From an uncultured Nitrospirales bacterium (GTDB lineage: Bacteria; Nitrospirota; Nitrospiria; Nitrospirales; NS-4), in the NCBI GenBank assembly GCA_964610095.1, contig CAZSUT010000002.1, forward strand, positions 27,027 to 91,026: DNA of 64,000 nucleotides, given 5' to 3'. The translations under genes and the position numbers were made by a program. The notes under the pieces were generated by a model. That model did not search any database and was not told the DNA's origin. It saw nothing but the letters and a program-made list of their open reading frames with translations. Below, piece after piece: positions 62,612-64,000 of this stretch (the stretch's first letter is position 1; each line of letters starts with the position of its first letter).

Positions 62612-62639
62612 AAGGTTATTCGTTAAACGTTAATCGTTG
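62612..62639. repeat. Heptad array, 4 x (NNCGTTA-like): AAGGTTA TTCGTTA AACGTTA ATCGTTG
   Basis: Seen directly. It lies 12-39 nt upstream of the start codon of the minus-strand gene at 62600. It is inverted relative to the array at 62692-62719. Confidence 0.6.
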
Positions 62640-62691
62640 GGAAAATTCATGGTAGGCGAACAGGGAGAAGTGGTCGAGTCCTGCCCTTCAT

Positions 62692-62719
62692 GAACGTATA
62701 ACGAATAACGATTAACGTT
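62692..62719. repeat. Heptad array in the opposite orientation, 4 x (TAACGNN): GAACGTA TAACGAA TAACGAT TAACGTT
   Basis: Seen directly. It ends 6 nt from the 3' end of tRNA-Leu(GAG). Its reverse complement matches the 62612 array at about 21/28 positions in register. Confidence 0.6.
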
Positions 62720-62725
62720 CGAAGA

Positions 62726-62809
62726 TGGTGCCGAAGGCGGGATTTGAACCCGCACGGGTTTCCCCACACGCCCCTCAAACGTGCGTGTCTGCCATTCCAC
62801 CACTTCGGC
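62726..62809 (-). tRNA. tRNA-Leu (anticodon GAG), CCA encoded
   Basis: Reverse complement: GCCGAAG TG GTGG AATGGCAGA CAC G CACGT TTGAGGG GCGTG TGGGGAAACCCGT GCGGG TTCAAAT CCCGC CTTCGGC A CCA. Confidence 0.9.
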
Positions 62810-62901
62810 GCCGAATGCGATTATATAGTGGCGGTGGACCACACTGTCAATTGACCCCTGGTTGACACCCATCGGCATCGCTCGTAGAATCCACTTCGAT
62901 C

Positions 62902-63558
62902 ATGAATCCACGCATCGCGGCATTTTTCGACCTTGATAATACGATCGTGCCGGGCCCCGCCATCGAACACCCCTATTTCCGACTGCTCTGGCGCCGGGGA
63001 CTGGTGGGACCCAACGACCTCCTGCGCAGCGTCGGGGTGCTGCTGCGGGAGGTTCCGCCGTTTACCTTCGACCCGCTCCGACGCTACAAGGCCTATCTGG
63101 CGGGAAAACCCATCGAGGCCATCGAGGCCTCGGCCCGGGGCTTTTTCTGGGAACAGGTCTGCCCGCGGATCTCGGAACAGGCGCGCCGTGTGATCAAGGA
63201 GCACCGCGCGCAGGGGCACCAGTTGGTGTTGTTGACGGGATGCCCTGATTTTCTCGTGGCCCCGTTGGCTACATATCTAAAGATGGATCATGTTATCGCG
63301 GGCCGGCTGGAGCGCGCAGACACGGTCTTTACCGGCCGCATGGTAGAGCCGTATCCCTACCGCCAGGGTAAGCGACTGGTAGCCGAGCGGCTCGCCGCCG
63401 AGGAGGGACTTACCCTGGGCGCCAGCTTCATGTATGGCGACAGTCCCGGCGACCTGCCGATGTTGGAAACGGTCGGGCACCCCCGCGTCGTCAACCCGAT
63501 CCGCAGCATGGTCCGGATCGCGCGACGGCGTGGCTGGCCCATCCTGTATTGGAACTGA
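62902..63558 (+). CDS. HAD-IB family hydrolase (SerB-like phosphatase)
   Basis: AAFFDLDNTIV (motif I), LLTGCPDF, and GDSPGDLPML (motif IV). Confidence 0.8.
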   Translation: MNPRIAAFFDLDNTIVPGPAIEHPYFRLLWRRGLVGPNDLLRSVGVLLREVPPFTFDPLRRYKAYLAGKPIEAIEASARGFFWEQVCPRISEQARRVIKEHRAQGHQLVLLTGCPDFLVAPLATYLKMDHVIAGRLERADTVFTGRMVEPYPYRQGKRLVAERLAAEEGLTLGASFMYGDSPGDLPMLETVGHPRVVNPIRSMVRIARRRGWPILYWN

Positions 63559-63569
63559 TCCCCGCCTCC

Positions 63570-64000
63570 ATGCGCATCACCGAAATCTTCTTCAGCATCC
63601 AAGGCGAATCCTCTTATGCGGGGCGTCCCTGCGTCTTTGTCCGACTCACAGGCTGCCCACTGCGGTGCACGTGGTGCGACACCGCCTACGCCTTCCACGG
63701 AGGCACCGAGCGCAGCCTCGAGAGCATTCTCGCCGAAGTCGAGCGCCACGCGTGCCGGCTGGTCGAGATCACCGGGGGCGAGCCGCTGGCGCAATGTGAG
63801 GTCCATGATCTCATCACCGCACTTGCCGATCGCGGGTACACAGTGCTGATCGAGACGAGCGGCGCGCTCGACATTGCGCCGGTGGACCCGCGGGCCATTC
63901 TCATCATGGATCTCAAGTGCCCCGGCAGCAGCATGGAAGACCGGAACCTCTGGGCCAACCTCCCGAAGCTCAAGCCGACGGACGAGGTCAAATTCGTGAT
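63570..64000 (+). CDS. queE: 7-carboxy-7-deazaguanine synthase (radical SAM), 5' part; runs off the window end
   Basis: My translation from the ATG at 63570 is MRITEIFFSIQGESSYAGRPCVFVRLTGCPLRCTWCDTAYAF...VEITGGEPL. This carries the CxxxCxxC-like cluster CPLRCTWC and the QueE N-terminal signature. It is not in the ORF track because there is no stop. Confidence 0.85.
   Translation, partial: MRITEIFFSIQGESSYAGRPCVFVRLTGCPLRCTWCDTAYAFHGGTERSLESILAEVERHACRLVEITGGEPLAQCEVHDLITALADRGYTVLIETSGALDIAPVDPRAILIMDLKCPGSSMEDRNLWANLPKLKPTDEVKFV

Overview
This is a GC-rich bacterial chromosome segment with no rRNA, CRISPR array, transposase or integrase. The gene content, especially a complex I locus with two nuoM genes, is reminiscent of Nitrospirota, but that is only an inference. 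All calls rest on by-eye motif reading; no searches or computations were run.

Layout:
- 1-20.6 kb: one long minus-strand glycan/exopolysaccharide operon. Many gene junctions overlap by 1-4 nt (ATGA, GTGA, TAATG). It is headed by a PilZ-like gene and a NusG/RfaH-type paralog, followed by an ops-like motif. It encodes a priming phosphoglycosyl transferase, nucleotide-sugar tailoring enzymes, glycosyltransferases and a flippase.
- 20.2-23.8 kb: a small regulatory island with three paralogous PilZ-like proteins and two paralogous PAS-like domains, one of them fused to a LuxR HTH.
- 25-43 kb: housekeeping and miscellaneous genes. These include tRNA-Arg, a sirtuin, lpxC, a NarL-type two-component pair, nrdR-glyA-rplI, tRNA-Leu, a tryptophanase/TPL-family lyase with an O-methyltransferase, rnd and bcp.
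- 43.9-57.5 kb: a non-canonical nuo locus, nuoA-B-C-D-G-I-J-K-L-M-M-N.
- 58-64 kb: an OmpA/Pal-like gene, priA, a second tRNA-Leu, a HAD hydrolase and a truncated queE.

Most interesting observations:
- A catalytically degenerate GGDEF-like domain that keeps an RxxD I-site occurs twice, once stand-alone and once fused to the priming sugar transferase. Together with the adjacent PilZ/PAS-LuxR island this suggests a c-di-GMP-type control layer on this glycan.
- A family of short (CGTTANN)4-5 heptad arrays occurs at four sites. One is in frame inside priA, and two form an inverted pair next to a tRNA.
- A stand-alone unit combines a consensus promoter, a long leader, an 11-codon Lys-rich micro-ORF and a terminator-like hairpin.
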